This document shows positions 62,451 through 64,000 of a DNA stretch of 64,000 nucleotides, piece after piece. The DNA is from Chromera velia (lineage: Eukaryota), in assembly GCA_018398765.1 (NCBI GenBank), contig JAHBMJ010000443.1:124001-188000 (forward strand), given 5' to 3'. Under the pieces are notes generated by a model that saw nothing but the letters and a program-made list of their open reading frames with translations, did no database searches and was not told the DNA's origin. The translations under genes and the position numbers were made by a program. Positions within the stretch are counted from its first letter, which is position 1. Each line of letters opens with the position of its first letter.

Positions 62451-64000
62451 ATGTTCTGTCTTCAGTCCCCTTGTCGCGCTCTCTGTAGCGTGCCTGTGGG
62501 CGACAGGCGGTCCCTCTTCATTGCGGGCACAGGTGCCTCCCATGGGCCAGGGGGCAGTAGCGTTGTTGGTCTTTTGTATGATGAGAAAATAGGGAGTGTC
62601 AGTTGCGTTGGAAAGAGCGCTGCTGAGGGTCCCGTCTCCGAGGTGTGTGCGCGGGACGTGGAAGAGCTGTCAAGTGAGATCGGCTCGCAGGGGAGTGATA
62701 AGGGAGAGGGGGGGGGCAGTGCTTCAGGTGGTCTGTCTCTGCAGTTTGCGTCGTCTGTTTGCTGTAGTGAGACGGGGAGACGAAGAGTCGGGATGTGGAA
62801 ACTTGCCGGTAAAGGGGGTGAGGGTGGAGCACCCGGTTCATGGCAACTTGAACCGCTGTGCTCTCTAGGAGTGGGGTCGGCAGAGGATTTCTCCTTCTGG
62901 CCTGGGAGACGGTTGCAGTGGGATCCGTTAACTGGTCAGACAAATGAGGGGGGGGATGCACGGTTGTTCTGTGGAGACGGAGACGGGATTCATTGTTTGA
63001 CGTTTGGGAATGGAGACGCAGGGTCTTCGTCTTTTGTTGTTCTTCGGAATAGGGAGGAAGGATTTGTGTCTGAAGGTTTGCACAATCGCCTGTATGAGAT
63101 CTCTGCTGACCCTTTGCACCCGAATCTGGTGATTGCGGGGGTGGGAAGGGACCTGATAGGATGTGATGTGAGGGAGTCCAGGTGTTTCTGTTTGCGCACA
63201 CAGGTCCACAAAGGCGCTGTGCGGACAGTCGACCATGCTCCCCTAGTGGTGCATCAAATAGCCTCGGGGGGGGAGGACGGCCGGATTTTCCTTTGGGACT
63301 GCCGACATCTTTCAGAGCCTCTGCATGAATTCGGCTTCAGTGCAGAAGGGGAGGAGGAAATGGGGCTAGGGGGAAGTGTAAAGAGCACTGCACACTCCCA
63401 CTGGGTGAAGTCTGTTCGTTACAACCGTAGCCATGATTCCCTTTTGCTGTCAGCGTCGGGGGATACGTCCGTGCGATTGTGGAGGCTGCCCCCCTCAGCC
63501 CTCGAACCTCAGACGCTGCCTCCCCCTCAGGTCGAAAGAGGGGCAGGGAAAGAGAAGGCAGAAAAGGGGGCCTCGGCATGCCCCTCTGCGTTGTCTGCTG
63601 CCCTCTCGGCTGTTTTTGGCACTTGTGGGGAACGTCCCATAGGTTCCTTGGATTGTTCTGCAACGTCTCTGTTGGAGGGACGGTTGGGGTGTCTGAACGC
63701 TCCTGATTTCGGAATTGAAATCTTTGGGGGGACGAGTACGAAGGAGAAGGGAAGGGGAAAGAAGATCGAAGGAAGTAAGAAAAGGAGACGAGAGGGGGAA
63801 AAGAGGCTGCCTTGGATTTCCCTTGTGAGTGGGAGTGAAGACAGGCATAGAGTTGGGTGGGTGGGGGGTTCAGCAGGGGGCAGTATCAGCTTAGCGGTTG
63901 ACGGCGGCACAGGGACGGGAAGGGGGGTTGGCACAGTGGAAATGGACAGTGTCAGCCGGTCCGGACGGCCCGTTGGTGCCAGCACGAGTGAGAGCTGGCA
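62451..64000 (+). CDS. WD40-repeat protein, TSSC1/EIPR1-like (open to the window end)
   Basis: Manual translation from ATG 62451 has no stop before 64000: MFCLQSPCRALCSVPVGDRRSLFIAGT...HKGAVRTVDHAPLVVHQIASGGEDGRIFLWDCR...AHSHWVKSVRYNRSHDSLLLSASGDTSVRLW. The HSHWVxxVRYNxxHDxL motif is typical of EIPR1/TSSC1. Confidence 0.8.
   Translation, partial: MFCLQSPCRALCSVPVGDRRSLFIAGTGASHGPGGSSVVGLLYDEKIGSVSCVGKSAAEGPVSEVCARDVEELSSEIGSQGSDKGEGGGSASGGLSLQFASSVCCSETGRRRVGMWKLAGKGGEGGAPGSWQLEPLCSLGVGSAEDFSFWPGRRLQWDPLTGQTNEGGDARLFCGDGDGIHCLTFGNGDAGSSSFVVLRNREEGFVSEGLHNRLYEISADPLHPNLVIAGVGRDLIGCDVRESRCFCLRTQVHKGAVRTVDHAPLVVHQIASGGEDGRIFLWDCRHLSEPLHEFGFSAEGEEEMGLGGSVKSTAHSHWVKSVRYNRSHDSLLLSASGDTSVRLWRLPPSALEPQTLPPPQVERGAGKEKAEKGASACPSALSAALSAVFGTCGERPIGSLDCSATSLLEGRLGCLNAPDFGIEIFGGTSTKEKGRGKKIEGSKKRRREGEKRLPWISLVSGSEDRHRVGWVGGSAGGSISLAVDGGTGTGRGVGTVEMDSVSRSGRPVGASTSESW

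Overview
Eukaryotic, intron-rich genomic DNA. It shows GT-AG introns filled with GACA/GA/GT microsatellites, abundant TGCATGCA and bipartite signal+Phe presequences, which suggests an alga with a complex red plastid such as a chromerid (inference only). The main content, in order: (1) a 3-exon beta-carbonic anhydrase with a putative plastid presequence; (2) a complete but decayed Ty3/Gypsy chromovirus at 5555-11743 with 295-bp LTRs, a GAGGG target-site duplication (TSD) and a tRNA-iMet primer-binding site (PBS); (3) a decaying zone at about 12-30 kb holding a calcyphosin-like fragment, a kinase pseudogene, an RNF213-like AAA+ pseudogene and AT-rich inserts; (4) one giant minus-strand gene at 54114->31297. 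By manual splicing it has 26 exons in continuous frame (roughly 3,700 aa) and fuses an N-terminal Asteroid/FAM120-like (XPG/FEN1-type PIN) nuclease fold to a DEVH-box RNA helicase and a long C-terminus with possible dsRBD-like modules. This is the most notable finding; (5) a putatively plastid-targeted bestrophin-like (UPF0187/VCCN/BST) channel whose exon-3 acceptor is triplicated by a 59-bp tandem repeat; (6) a histidine phosphatase divergently paired with a TSSC1/EIPR1-like WD40 gene that the ORF track missed. All family assignments are by-eye motif recognition; no searches were run.
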